DNA of 64,000 nt, taken from positions 1 to 64,000 of IMG/VR virus record IMGVR_UViG_3300027983_000009, one strand, 5' to 3'. Shown piece by piece: positions 10,069-20,776 of the stretch. How positions within the stretch are numbered: the first letter of the stretch is position 1; each line of letters begins with the position of its first letter. The DNA is from a virus. The position numbers and the translations under genes are program-made. The notes under the pieces were generated by a model. It was not told where the DNA came from. It saw only the letters and a list, made by a program, of their open reading frames with translations, and made no database searches.

Positions 10069-12822
10069 GTGATAGAGCCGAACTTATCAGATCAGCAGAA
10101 CAGTGTAATCAGGGATATTAGGCACCTTGTGTCAGAGAGCCCGCAGCTGGCTTGCTCTATTGCCCTCGAGGTACAGCTGCGGAGAGCTCTGTGCGTTATC
10201 GTTAACGCACGAGCGCACGAGCTGCGTACATGGAAAACAACCAGCGACGAGGCATCGTTGCTGAGTGGTATGACAGAGATAGCCGTGCACAAATCCCGCA
10301 CAATGGGGACACCGACAGCTTCGGAGGTTGTGGGGGGTCTACTCAACAGAGTGGTACCAGCTGTTGACATTTTCTGCCGGCAGTTCCAGAAAGAGCTGGA
10401 TGCTGGTAAGTCTTCTTTCGAACTCTACCCGTATTTTTGTCAACACATCTCGCGGCAAGGTGTGCAGGATATGAGCGATGGACCCACTAGCAGAGATGGC
10501 CAACCCGATACAGTCGATTGTGCGGAAGCTGGAGATAGCGGAGGAGCCGCCGAGGACTGATGTCAGCAAGTTTACACTGCTGGATATGCAGGCCCATTTC
10601 GTGCTGTGCACATCAGGTGTGCTTCACGCAACGATACCAGGCCTGAACCGCGACCTGGTGCGAGACTTCCTGACAGCTGTAGAGGACGCCACAGATGCTG
10701 TGGCCGTGTTTGATAGTGGGCCAGCGTTATTCGACGGGCTGGGTCAGCAGCTCGTGTTAAACAAGTTTGTAGACTTGGATCGCCGCATTTACGCTGTCCG
10801 TAAAGATCTTTGGGAGGGCTTGCGAAATTTCGTAGGGAGTGCTGCGTTTATAGCTAGTGACATGACCACATATCAGGTGCTGTTGCACACTGTCGCTGTG
10901 GTGGATGTAGTGGCTATGCAGAAATCCCCTTTATTACCGGCGCTGCCAATTGTTACAGTGCAAGTTTTCGCGGTGAATCATGACACCGGATTCTACCATT
11001 TATTACCAAGGTTGGTGGGTAGCGGGCTGCTGCCAAAGTATGCTGTAGCTCCACCATACACAACAGAAGAACTTTCTAAACTGGAATTAGCATGCAGTTG
11101 ATATTCACCCTGACAGGTACTGACGAGAATTTAATAGCTGTTACGGCAAAAGGTGAAGCTATTACTGGGTTTCAGCGGCTGGTTATCGAGCCAGAGCCGG
11201 TTGTTGGCAAGAGGTACATCCCGATCGGCCGACTCAAAGCCCTCGGCAATAGTGGCCGCGAGGTGCTGACAGACATAGTATTCGATACGAGGAAGGGCGA
11301 GTTTCTTATCAGGCCAAAGAAGCTGGACCCTAAAGGCTTTGAGTTCGACCGCAGCGAAGTGGCGGCTTATGGGGTAGTATCGGCCGCAGCAGAAGAGCCG
11401 GCAGCAGAGCCAGAAGAAACTTTCGGAATTCCCGCACCGCCTATCAAGCGAGGGGGCAGCGAACAGTGACTGTCTTCTTTACACGGACATTTACCGAGAC
11501 CCGGTGGTATCAGCGGGTGGTAGACGAAGAGGGGTCGCGGTATGTGGAGTTCTCTCCACCATCCGTTAGCCAGCTTAGTCTGGATCAGCAGGTAGCAGAT
11601 TGGGTGGGTGAGACTGGTAGCATCATCGTCAACCCTGGAACCCTCGGTATGCATACAGTGTGGCACGGTACGGATAAAGATCCGTATGCTGTCAAATGTA
11701 TCATGCTGGCGATCGTGATTCTGTATCAGGAGTAGCGAAATGTCGAACAGTATCACAGAGCCAGGTAACCCGCAGCCGCAAGCTGCAGTCCCACCACGTG
11801 GCAGTGCAGGTAAGCGGACAGCCTCAACGTTTCCACCACCGCAGCAACTCGGGGCGGCGTTACAACAATCCGAGCCGGCGGCAGAAACAGCACCACCGTC
11901 AACACAGGGCGATGCCGTAGCCACGCCGGAGTTGGCTACTGTTTTGCAGGCACTGCTGTTGCAGTTAAGGTTGCAACAGCCCGCATCAGCCGAGGCTGTG
12001 CCAGTGGCACCACCAGCTGCACTGTTACAGGTCTCGCAACCACAGCCGGCAATAGCAGTACCTGGCGCTATGGGTTCTTTGATGGTGACGCTGCTGAATC
12101 AGCGTAGGGAGGCTGGCAGTGCGTTTTTCTTGCTGGTGATCCCCGAGACTGCAGCCCCGGAGTTGCAGACATTCGAGAATGTGGAGGGGCTCATTGATGC
12201 GATAAGAGCGAAGACTGGGGAGTCGGTCTACATGTTTTGTTTTCTCGGGCAGAGAATGCACATAACACGCGGGGCCAATCAGTCGCTGATAACGCCGTAC
12301 GGCGCGCTATCGCTTGCATTACCTCAAGTTGCTGGGGATATAGTTGAAGACGGCTGGTTAGGTAGCGAGCTTCCGGTTACGGAGGTGTCGCAGCTCGGTA
12401 GCCTGATCAGCGAGGAGCCTGGTGATGAGGAAGAAGACCAGTTGGGTGAAGAAGACTACGATGAGGACAGTGGCGGCACGCAACTGTTTTAACTCAGCGA
12501 GTAAACGCGTCAGTTAGTATGTATGTTGTATAGCATATCTATTAGACATAGTGTGTAACTTCGTCTAATAGCTACGCGTAGCAAAGGGGGACCAATGTCG
12601 CACGAACAGCGGCATAGACGAGAGTTTTACGAGGGCCGCCCAGTGAAGCGGAAACGTAAAGTCGTGGGTGGAATCCTGCTCACGTTCGTAAATGAGATAA
12701 AGGGATCCAGAGGTGAGCAGCTTGTGGTAACACAGGCTCAGCTAGACGCCGGTCGTACATTGCAAGATGTACCAGATCGGACAATGGATTGTTTAAGGAG
12801 GTTAGCCACAAAGTGTGGTTGA
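10069..12822 (+). other. Cluster of six hypothetical CDS (10069-10560, 10478-11101, 11092-11469, 11466-11735, 11740-12492, 12595-12822)
   Basis: Co-directional, mostly overlapping or abutting ORFs; no recognisable motifs. Confidence 0.55.
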
Positions 12823-12861
12823 CCTAATTTTTTGGATAGCTTTCTTTTGAAAGACTCAGTC

Positions 12862-14304
12862 ATGACGCAGTCAACAGCAATCACAGCAGCAATCACAGCA
12901 GCTGTCACCGAAGTAATCGCAGCCGGAGAGGGACACCCAAAGCGAGTGTTCCGGAAACCTACCACCTCAGCAGAGAGGGCGGAGACGCGGTACACGTTCC
13001 CAATTATCCACAAGCAGCTCGCTATTGTTCGCGGGTTGCAGTGGGGCGCATCCCCGTGGCCCCATGGCACGATGATATGGGATGTGAAGGATATGGTGGC
13101 TCCGCTGGGTCAGACCGCCGCCGCTGTGGTGACATATCGGGGAAGGCTCGACGCACCTGGTACACGCAGTGTGATCGACCTCCCGTTGTGGGAGATCCGC
13201 GGAAATCTTGTAGACGGTTGGGTACAGTATAGTACCCATGGATTCAAGAATCTCGGGTGGGTAGCCTTTCCGGAGGCTGCAGGTAAGATCATCAATGCAG
13301 CACCGGTCACACCAGACCTTATCGAAGATGCCGATATGCAATGGGCGTGGCTTGGCTTGCAGACGCTCCGAGAGGGTGTGCAAGCAGCACAAGCACAGGT
13401 GCAACCGGAAACCGTTCCGGTTATGCCGAAACTGCTAGTTAAGTGCGATCCATCTAACGTCGCAATTGGCGGCCGGGTCGCGGCGGTAGTGGCCGCAGGC
13501 ATCGCAAGGTGTGATGTAGCTTACGCGGTGGCAAACCTTCAAGAGGTGTTGTCTCGAAGGATAGACGGCAGAACTATACGGCAGATCATGTGTCGGCAAC
13601 CAATGGTCGCCGGTAACCCAACCAATCACTGGTTGGTGCGGGCTGACTACCTGTGTAAGAGCAGGCTGCCAAACACAGAGATCTTTGAGGACTTCAAGGA
13701 TCTCTGCGGTGCGCAAGTACCTAACCCGTACCGCTTTTGCGGTACTACGCTGTCTGTGATGAACACAGCTCGGCTGGCTGCATACATGCAGGGGGAGGAC
13801 AGCAATGGCGAGCCTGTCGTCGATGTCTTGTCTTGTGTGCGGCAGCTTAACGAGCTGCAGCTACAGGCCGAATCGGCAAAAGAGCTCGATGTGCGCTGGG
13901 ATGAGGCGTCTGCCAGGGAGGTTGAGGGGGGGATTACGGATAAGTTGGTATCGTTGATACCAACCATCCGAGACCTCCTTGGACCGCTCGAGTCGTTTTA
14001 CAGCGACGAGGCGATACTGCCAAGTCTACTTAATCCTAGAGAGGAAATGCGGACGGTCATACCGCCGGTCACAGAGTTAAGTGGCCAGCAGAAGGATGAC
14101 CTTGCTGTAGGGGTCTGCTTGTGCAAGTATCCGCACTTGGCTGACAAGCTGGATTGTGCGGACCTTGACCTGGCAGCTGGTAACCCAACCAGTCCGTTGT
14201 TTGCTCGCCGAATGGGGGTGACGCAGAACATACTGTTCTCCCAACGCGGCGTACAGTTGGGTGCTGAAGACCTCGGCGCTTACAGGACACTAACCATACG
14301 ATGA
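12862..14304 (+). CDS. Hypothetical protein (480 aa)
   Basis: Long ORF; ATGA overlap with next gene. Confidence 0.65.
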   Translation: MTQSTAITAAITAAVTEVIAAGEGHPKRVFRKPTTSAERAETRYTFPIIHKQLAIVRGLQWGASPWPHGTMIWDVKDMVAPLGQTAAAVVTYRGRLDAPGTRSVIDLPLWEIRGNLVDGWVQYSTHGFKNLGWVAFPEAAGKIINAAPVTPDLIEDADMQWAWLGLQTLREGVQAAQAQVQPETVPVMPKLLVKCDPSNVAIGGRVAAVVAAGIARCDVAYAVANLQEVLSRRIDGRTIRQIMCRQPMVAGNPTNHWLVRADYLCKSRLPNTEIFEDFKDLCGAQVPNPYRFCGTTLSVMNTARLAAYMQGEDSNGEPVVDVLSCVRQLNELQLQAESAKELDVRWDEASAREVEGGITDKLVSLIPTIRDLLGPLESFYSDEAILPSLLNPREEMRTVIPPVTELSGQQKDDLAVGVCLCKYPHLADKLDCADLDLAAGNPTSPLFARRMGVTQNILFSQRGVQLGAEDLGAYRTLTIR

Positions 14305-14735
14305 AAAGTATGACAGATGTCTTTGGGCGGACGGGAGCAGCGTTGCAGTCGATAATAGATGAGTACACAGTACTTGCCCCGAGCGGGGCAGCTACGGATA
14401 GTCACCTTTTACCGGCCGAGGCTGTACTTCTCTGGTTGCAGCGGTACACTATCGCTTCGTTGGCTACCCCTTGGGTGGGTGACGATAGTGATTTTTGTAT
14501 TGTGTGCGTCATGTCGGCGACAGTCGGCGAAGAGGGGGAGTGCGGTCATTCTGCAGCGTTCTTGTTACCCGACGCTAAGGCCTATGTATTGCTGACACAG
14601 TTAGCTGTACATTACCATCAGCAAGTATGGCAGGCAGCTGAAGCTGGCCACCCCTCCAAGATTGTTATGATGCTGTTGTTCCTGACAGTACCTACACAGG
14701 TTGTGGCGGCGGCTAACCCGTTGTTGTTTATGTAG
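14301..14735 (+). CDS. Hypothetical protein
   Basis: ATGA overlap, followed by terminator. Confidence 0.55.
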   Translation: MKSMTDVFGRTGAALQSIIDEYTVLAPSGAATDSHLLPAEAVLLWLQRYTIASLATPWVGDDSDFCIVCVMSATVGEEGECGHSAAFLLPDAKAYVLLTQLAVHYHQQVWQAAEAGHPSKIVMMLLFLTVPTQVVAAANPLLFM

Positions 14736-14740
14736 ATATG

Positions 14741-14783
14741 ATATGGGCCGGACAGTTGTCCGGCCCGTATTATTCTTTTTTTT
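14741..14783 (+). terminator. Intrinsic terminator
   Basis: ATATGGGCCGGAC/GTCCGGCCCGTAT stem + T8. Confidence 0.75.
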
Positions 14784-14798
14784 AGGCAGAGCAGGACC

Positions 14799-15566
14799 AT
14801 GGTAGGGTACATAAAATTCAGTAATGAGCTCGAGGGGTGGGCGAGAGACGATGATGGGAGGGTGCTTGGAGACACCAGACATGTCTCGCAGCACATGGCA
14901 CCGAAGAAGGGAATCGCTACTGTAATCATCCCACCGGCTACACCTGGCGGAGTACCACAATCGTTCGACCCGCACGATGTGGGCAATATGACGATCAACT
15001 ACGACCCGGGTAGACCGGAGCAGCGATCTGTGACTGTGCAGAGTTTAAGGCACCAAGCTCTACAAAGCCTGACCACAGGTAACCCTATTGCATCCCGACC
15101 ATTGAGTGTTCAAGAAGGTAACCCAGCAATGCCTCTAGGGTCTATAGGTCCCACATCAGCAGTAGGTCCGCCCATTCCAGATATGCAGCGGGTGGACTTG
15201 GAAGCGCTAGTTGCTGGCCGCAGATCTGCACAACAACCGCAACAACCAGTGATACAAGCACCGCCATCAACAGCAAAATCTGTGCTGTTCCAAGTCGCCG
15301 GGTTTGGCAAACTGACATCGCAGTACTCCGAAGTGTTGCGGCAAGGTAATATGCTTATTCTTGTGGTTGACCACGCAAGAAATGCTGGTGTATGTTATTT
15401 TCCAGACATGACTGGTCAGGAGGGCGGCCCTCAGCCGCGTATCTTTGTTAATGTTGTAGGCACAGCAGACGTCTGGGAAATAGCGACAACAGGTATACAA
15501 TTCAAGCACGGTACGCTAGAGTACTGCGTCTTACTTATAGTGAGCGACCCAGAGGCGGGAGAGTAA
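14799..15566 (+). CDS. Hypothetical protein
   Basis: AGGA RBS, long ORF. Confidence 0.6.
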   Translation: MVGYIKFSNELEGWARDDDGRVLGDTRHVSQHMAPKKGIATVIIPPATPGGVPQSFDPHDVGNMTINYDPGRPEQRSVTVQSLRHQALQSLTTGNPIASRPLSVQEGNPAMPLGSIGPTSAVGPPIPDMQRVDLEALVAGRRSAQQPQQPVIQAPPSTAKSVLFQVAGFGKLTSQYSEVLRQGNMLILVVDHARNAGVCYFPDMTGQEGGPQPRIFVNVVGTADVWEIATTGIQFKHGTLEYCVLLIVSDPEAGE

Positions 15567-15568
15567 TA

Positions 15569-15739
15569 ATGGAGAAGAGAGGCGTAGTCAGCGAGGCAAC
15601 AACTTTGCCGACATCTGTTGAAATGCAGAAAAAGTTGGTAGCCATACCGCTAATGGAGACAGCGAAGCGGGAAGAAACATTGGATGGTGATACTGTAAAG
15701 CGGCTCGCAACAGCAGCTCGTCAGACCCGCCAGGCTTAA
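15569..15739 (+). CDS. Small hypothetical protein (56 aa, MEKRGVVS...), not in ORF track
   Basis: GGGAGAG RBS; fills gap before the portal-like gene. Confidence 0.5.
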   Translation: MEKRGVVSEATTLPTSVEMQKKLVAIPLMETAKREETLDGDTVKRLATAARQTRQA

Positions 15740-15775
15740 AGTTCGTTATTAATAACCAAGGCGGATGGTGATGGT

Positions 15776-17764
15776 ATGGCTGCTCCCGGCCTAGACTCAA
15801 TGATCTCCAGCGGCATGTGGTCGGGTAAAGACCCGCACCAGTTTGCCGACCCCTTCATGAGTTTCTCTTCGATGGCTATGCCATCCACAATAGATGAGGC
15901 CAACCGCTGGACCGAGTTTATCATCAATGCCAGCGGTGTTTACCGCTCGGCGATCTCCAGGATTGTCGCTTACTTTATCACGGAAGTGGAGATTGTTGCG
16001 AAGTCTGATGGGGACGGTGCGCAGCGACTTGGTAAACAAGAAAAGCAGCAGTACATAGACTTTCTTGAAGACAAACTCGGTATCCGCGAGCTACTGCTTA
16101 CGATCGGGCTGGATTACCTGACCTACGGTAATTCATTCACGTCTGTGTTGATGCCATTCAAGCGATACCTCGCCTGCCGAAAATGCGGCTTCGAGAGCCC
16201 GCTGAACAAGATCGCGAACAGTTCGTCATTCGGGTATAGCTTCAACGGATTCAAATTTAATGCCACCTGCAAGCAGTGCGGATACTCGGGTGACTGGCGG
16301 CATATTGACAGAAGGGCCGGGGTTACTGGCGATGTCGTTGTAAAGCGATGGTCCCCACACGAGATGGCGATTTGCTACGACCAGCTGACAGGTCAGAGTG
16401 CTTACATCTGGAAGATACCAGAAGACTACAGATCCCAGCTGCGTCGCGGAGAGCTGTTTCAGCTTGAGCGGGCAAATTGGGAAGTTGTGGACGCTGTAAA
16501 GAACAATCAGCACTTGTGGTTCGATAAGGATGTCGTGTACCACATGAAAGAGCAGCCGCTCGCCGGTATCCGTAGTCACGGATGGGGAATAAGTAGAGTT
16601 CTGGCTAACTTCAGGCAGGCTTGGTACGTCCAGCTGCTGCACGCCTACAATGAAGCTCTGGCGTTAGATTACATTATCCCGTTTCGAGTGATCACACCTG
16701 CCCCGCGTAAAGGCAGCGGTGGGGATGGGGGAGACCTTAACGACCCTGTAATAATGCTGAACATGGGCGACTTTAGCTCCCGTGTCCGGTCCATGATCAA
16801 GCGGCGCAGGGCTAACCCAACAGAGTGGAATGTCCTACCCTCGCCGATCGAGTATCACGCGCTGGGTGGGGATGCTACGCAACTGGCTCCGAAGGAGCTA
16901 CTAGAGCTCGGTATGGATACGCTGCTGACAGCCATTGGTATCCCGGTAGAAATGTACAAAGGTTCGATGAGCATGCAGGCAGCACCCGCGGCGCTGCGGC
17001 TGTTCGAGGCATACTGGTCCAGTCTGGTAAACGCACTGAATAAGCAGCTCGCTCATATAGTGCAGAGAGTTGGTGAGATCTTTAACTGGCAGCCGGTTAC
17101 TGCTCGACTGACCAAGGTTACCCATGCGGATGACCTGAATCGACAGATGGCGAAACTTCAACTGATGATGGGCGGCCAGATGAGCCGCACAACGGGTATG
17201 GCCTCTGTCGGTGCAGACTTCGCAGAAGAAGAACGCCTGAAGCTGGAGGAAGAGCGAACAGTTGCAGAGGAGACGGAAAAGCAGCAGAAGGAGATGGATC
17301 AGGCTGCATCAATGGAGGCAACTGCGGTACAGGGCCCACCAGCCGGTGGCGCCCCTCCGCCACCTATGCCGGGGATGCCTGGGCAGATGCCAATGATGCA
17401 GGGAATGCCTGGAGCAATGCCTGGCGGCGGAGCGCCAGCTGCACCTGCTGCTGGCGGAGCCGCGCCGGCGGGCGCCGCCCCAGGAGGGGCATCTCAGCAA
17501 TTCGCTGCCCAGCAGCTACCGACACCGAACCAGCCCACTACAGTAGAAGAGATGGTATCTCAGGCTACTACACTGGCTCAGCAGGCGATGACAATGCCTG
17601 AGAGTCAGAGGAAGAGTTATCTGATCCAGCTGAGGAAAGAGAACCCCGTCATGGCAGACTTGGTTAAATCGCAACTGGATGAGATGCGAAATCAGGCGAG
17701 GCTCCAGGGTGGCGATATGCTGATGCAGCAACAGCAGCAAGCACCAGCACCAGCAGCAATGTAG
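15776..17764 (+). CDS. Probable portal protein with Zn-ribbon insertion and low-complexity tail
   Basis: AISRIVAY...LDYLTYGNSF (portal-like YGNxF), VYHMKE, GWGIS; CRKC/CKQC insertion; P/G/M/Q-rich C-terminus. Confidence 0.5.
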   Translation: MAAPGLDSMISSGMWSGKDPHQFADPFMSFSSMAMPSTIDEANRWTEFIINASGVYRSAISRIVAYFITEVEIVAKSDGDGAQRLGKQEKQQYIDFLEDKLGIRELLLTIGLDYLTYGNSFTSVLMPFKRYLACRKCGFESPLNKIANSSSFGYSFNGFKFNATCKQCGYSGDWRHIDRRAGVTGDVVVKRWSPHEMAICYDQLTGQSAYIWKIPEDYRSQLRRGELFQLERANWEVVDAVKNNQHLWFDKDVVYHMKEQPLAGIRSHGWGISRVLANFRQAWYVQLLHAYNEALALDYIIPFRVITPAPRKGSGGDGGDLNDPVIMLNMGDFSSRVRSMIKRRRANPTEWNVLPSPIEYHALGGDATQLAPKELLELGMDTLLTAIGIPVEMYKGSMSMQAAPAALRLFEAYWSSLVNALNKQLAHIVQRVGEIFNWQPVTARLTKVTHADDLNRQMAKLQLMMGGQMSRTTGMASVGADFAEEERLKLEEERTVAEETEKQQKEMDQAASMEATAVQGPPAGGAPPPPMPGMPGQMPMMQGMPGAMPGGGAPAAPAAGGAAPAGAAPGGASQQFAAQQLPTPNQPTTVEEMVSQATTLAQQAMTMPESQRKSYLIQLRKENPVMADLVKSQLDEMRNQARLQGGDMLMQQQQQAPAPAAM

Positions 17765-17782
17765 GGCATAGGTCCGCAAATA

Positions 17783-18607
17783 ATGCAACCACCAATTTGT
17801 GTACTGACTAGAAATAGAGCAGGGTATCTCGACATCACGTTACGGTCGCTGAGTGCTACGCAGTTACCGGCAGACGTGAGGGTAATGGTGCATGATGATT
17901 GCAGCACAGATGCATCGGCGAAGGCTTACTACGGCAGAGGCCCACTTTTAGAGGTTAAGTATGACTGGCCCAAGATCAGCAAGTGGAGCGGTTACGGCTT
18001 CTCTGTGTTGCCAGCAGGTAACAGGAAGCTGACACCGTTGGCAGATAGGGTATCTGTTAGTGTAAGTAAGCAACCCATGGGTGTAGTGAAAGCCTCTTGT
18101 CATGTATTGCGAAGGTTGTTTGAGACAACCGAGGCGGAGGGGGTAATCCTGCTGCAGGATGACATTCTATTAAAGGTGGAGTGGTATACTCAACTTTTGC
18201 AAATAGTGAACAGCTGGGGTAACAGCAACCCTCTCGGTGTGTTGGCTGGTGTGAAGCTCGGTAAAAGTTTTCACAAGGGTCACACGCAGGGAGCTGTGTC
18301 GTCGGGTATTACCGCGCAGTGTCTGTATGTGAGCAGGCGGGTGTACGAGCAGGCGAATTTTTTGAAGCAGCCACCAAACGTAACGAAGCGATTTGACGAC
18401 CTGTTGCGGAATTCGGCCGCAGCCGCAGGGCTGTGGGTAGGTGTGATAAACCCAGGAATCTGCCAGCACATTGGCGTGACGTCGCTGGTCCGACCAGGTA
18501 AACGGTGGAGCTTAAATCAGCGTGTTGTTAGGATAGGGTTGAATGTGTCTCCGCCATACGCCATGGCGGACAAGGTTAAGAGATTTGAAGCTGGAGTAGA
18601 GCTATGA
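17783..18607 (+). CDS. GT-A fold glycosyltransferase
   Basis: ICVLTRNRAGYL..TLRSL; VHDDCS; ILLQDD; CQHIG. Confidence 0.75.
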   Translation: MQPPICVLTRNRAGYLDITLRSLSATQLPADVRVMVHDDCSTDASAKAYYGRGPLLEVKYDWPKISKWSGYGFSVLPAGNRKLTPLADRVSVSVSKQPMGVVKASCHVLRRLFETTEAEGVILLQDDILLKVEWYTQLLQIVNSWGNSNPLGVLAGVKLGKSFHKGHTQGAVSSGITAQCLYVSRRVYEQANFLKQPPNVTKRFDDLLRNSAAAAGLWVGVINPGICQHIGVTSLVRPGKRWSLNQRVVRIGLNVSPPYAMADKVKRFEAGVEL

Positions 18608-19313
18608 GTCAAGACGACCAGTCTAGTTACCGCCAACGGTTGAGAGGCCAGTTTGGGGATGTGTCGCAGAATCTGGTGAAAGCGTTTAATATCCGACCTC
18701 TGGAGGTAGCGATGCCGGAGCAGCTGCGGACCGAGCAGCAGGTGGAGGAGATAGCACAAGAGATTGTGCAGGGGATGCTGGAGTTAGAGGACACAGAGTA
18801 CGAGTCAAGCATGCTGGCATTACGCGCCGACGATGTGCTGGTGTACACAGCGGTGGCTGCGGCTATCGCTAAAATTGGTCAAGAAGAGTAAACCACAGAC
18901 AATAGCTAACAGGAGGCCAGATGGTCACAACAACAAAAGACGAAGTATCTACGAAGGTGCAGATAGAGCAGGGCGAGTCGACTGAGGCTGCCCTGCGAGA
19001 GGTTGGTGTCGCAGCAGCTGCTGCTGGCGTACTCGGGAAGTTGATGCGAGGAATTGCTGATCTTGTGGATGACGCGGTTTCCACGGCCAGCATCTCACCA
19101 GCAATTTCAGGGATCGTGCTGACGAGGGACCACAACACCGACTATTTTATGGTGACAATCCAGTTCGATCGCGAGGTCGAACCTGTTGCAATCAGTGCGC
19201 TTACAGACAGGTTGTCTGCTAGCGTTAATACCGGCAGGGGTAACGAAGGTGGTGAGAGCACCATGCTCGAGAGGCGAGCAAAAGCGGTGGACGTCCACGG
19301 TGAGACACCGTAG
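18604..19313 (+). other. Two hypothetical CDS (18604-18891, 18921-19313)
   Basis: RBS-preceded ORFs. Confidence 0.55.
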
Positions 19314-19368
19314 TACCGGCCATTTTGTTTTTGCTGTTTTTTTTAACTGGTCAGTGGAGTTGCCAACC

Positions 19369-20145
19369 ATGATGGGTCGCAGTATATTTGGCAGATTATT
19401 CGGAACATCAAAGCCAGTGGCACCAGCACCGGATATTGCGGCAGTTCTGTTAAAGGTGGCTGAGCTGCAGCAACTGGTGCTGGTGCAAATGGACACGTTG
19501 CGAGAGCTGCGGCAGTTCACGTTCAGAGCGGCTGCGTCATTGCTGACGCAGTCAGAAGGTTTGAGGACGTCGCAAGAAAATTTGCGGAAACTAGTGTGGC
19601 GGCACCTTGTGGTACCGCCAAACATACCAGAGATTGACGTTATTTCGGAGAGCGAGTTTATGTCCTACATCAATAAGCAACTGACGCTGGCTGACCCACG
19701 TCTGACGGACTCGGATGTGGTTATCCAGCAGGTGACTATCAGTCAGGCTAACGCTGAGCCACTCGTTGTTAAGGTGCCAGCCCTGGCAGACCAGGTTGTG
19801 CAATTCTCCGTGTTGCAAGACACGGTGTACACAATAACCTTGAGCTACATCGACGACGCAGGTAACAGCTCAAACCCGAGCATTACGGAGTTTGTGGCGA
19901 TCGACGATGTTGCGCCGTTGGGTCCGGATGGTGTAGGCACGGTCAAGTCATTCAGCGAGACAGCAAGTCCGCTGTTTGCCACGCTACCAGCAGCACCAGA
20001 GGCGGTTGAGCCTGTTGTGGTTGAGCCTACTGTGGTTGAGCCTACTGTGGTTGAGCCTACTGTGGTTGAGCCTACTGTGGTTGAGCCTGTGGCGCCAAGC
20101 AGTCCAGACGGGGCGACAGGACCGACTGGCCCGTATGGGGAATAG
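19369..20145 (+). CDS. Hypothetical protein; FN3/Ig-like C-terminal half with VVEP(T/V) repeats; probable internal start at 19660
   Basis: YTITLSYIDDAGNSS motif; 15-nt tandem repeat ~20005-20092; GGAGAG before ATG 19660. Confidence 0.5.
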   Translation: MMGRSIFGRLFGTSKPVAPAPDIAAVLLKVAELQQLVLVQMDTLRELRQFTFRAAASLLTQSEGLRTSQENLRKLVWRHLVVPPNIPEIDVISESEFMSYINKQLTLADPRLTDSDVVIQQVTISQANAEPLVVKVPALADQVVQFSVLQDTVYTITLSYIDDAGNSSNPSITEFVAIDDVAPLGPDGVGTVKSFSETASPLFATLPAAPEAVEPVVVEPTVVEPTVVEPTVVEPTVVEPVAPSSPDGATGPTGPYGE

Positions 20146-20314
20146 TAGGTCTTTGTGCGAATTCGCGGGTCGCAGGTTTAGCTGATAAACCGTCTAGTCA
20201 GCGAAGATCTGTGGCCCTGCGCTCAGTAGAGGACCCTCGGTTTCCGAGGGTCCTCTCACTCATAACACTCACAACCCTGCTGGCTCACAGCAGGACATCA
20301 ACAGGTTCGCAGAT

Positions 20315-20776
20315 ATGCCTAATTCAGCTTCAGTGTGTCGTGTTAGTCGTGTGAAACGGGAAATCGCAGAGGCGTCGCGTCAGCAGGGTGTGCTGGAGAT
20401 CCAGCAGGGTGGTAGCCACTACAAAGGCTGTGGTATTGAGCCTGTGACGTACTCGTTGGCAAACAACCTAGGAGGTATCGAGTTCGAGGTTGTCAAGTAC
20501 ATCACGAGGCACGGAAAGAAAGGCGGCGTAGAGGGTGGTATCACAGATCTCAAGAAGGTGATTCACTACACGCAGATATTGTTGCAGGAGTTTTACGGTG
20601 TACGGTCTACGTTCAATGTCATCGAGGTAGAGAAAGCAAAGCAGAAGCAGAAGCATGAGAAGCATGACACAGATAAACAGTTCGGCGACACAGCGAAACG
20701 ACGAAGCGTCAGGAATAAGGTGTCGAGTACTGGCCGACAGTCGGCACCCAAACGGAAGCCGTCTAACAACACTTGA
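20315..20776 (+). CDS. DUF3310 (SaV-like) protein
   Basis: QQGGSHYK..IEP...VVKYITRH.KK...DLKK.IHY. Confidence 0.75.
   Translation: MPNSASVCRVSRVKREIAEASRQQGVLEIQQGGSHYKGCGIEPVTYSLANNLGGIEFEVVKYITRHGKKGGVEGGITDLKKVIHYTQILLQEFYGVRSTFNVIEVEKAKQKQKHEKHDTDKQFGDTAKRRSVRNKVSSTGRQSAPKRKPSNNT

Noticed and set aside
20180-20205. Hammerhead ribozyme (CTGA...GAA)
   Set aside because: Core CUGAnGA/GAAA and the three-stem junction are not satisfied
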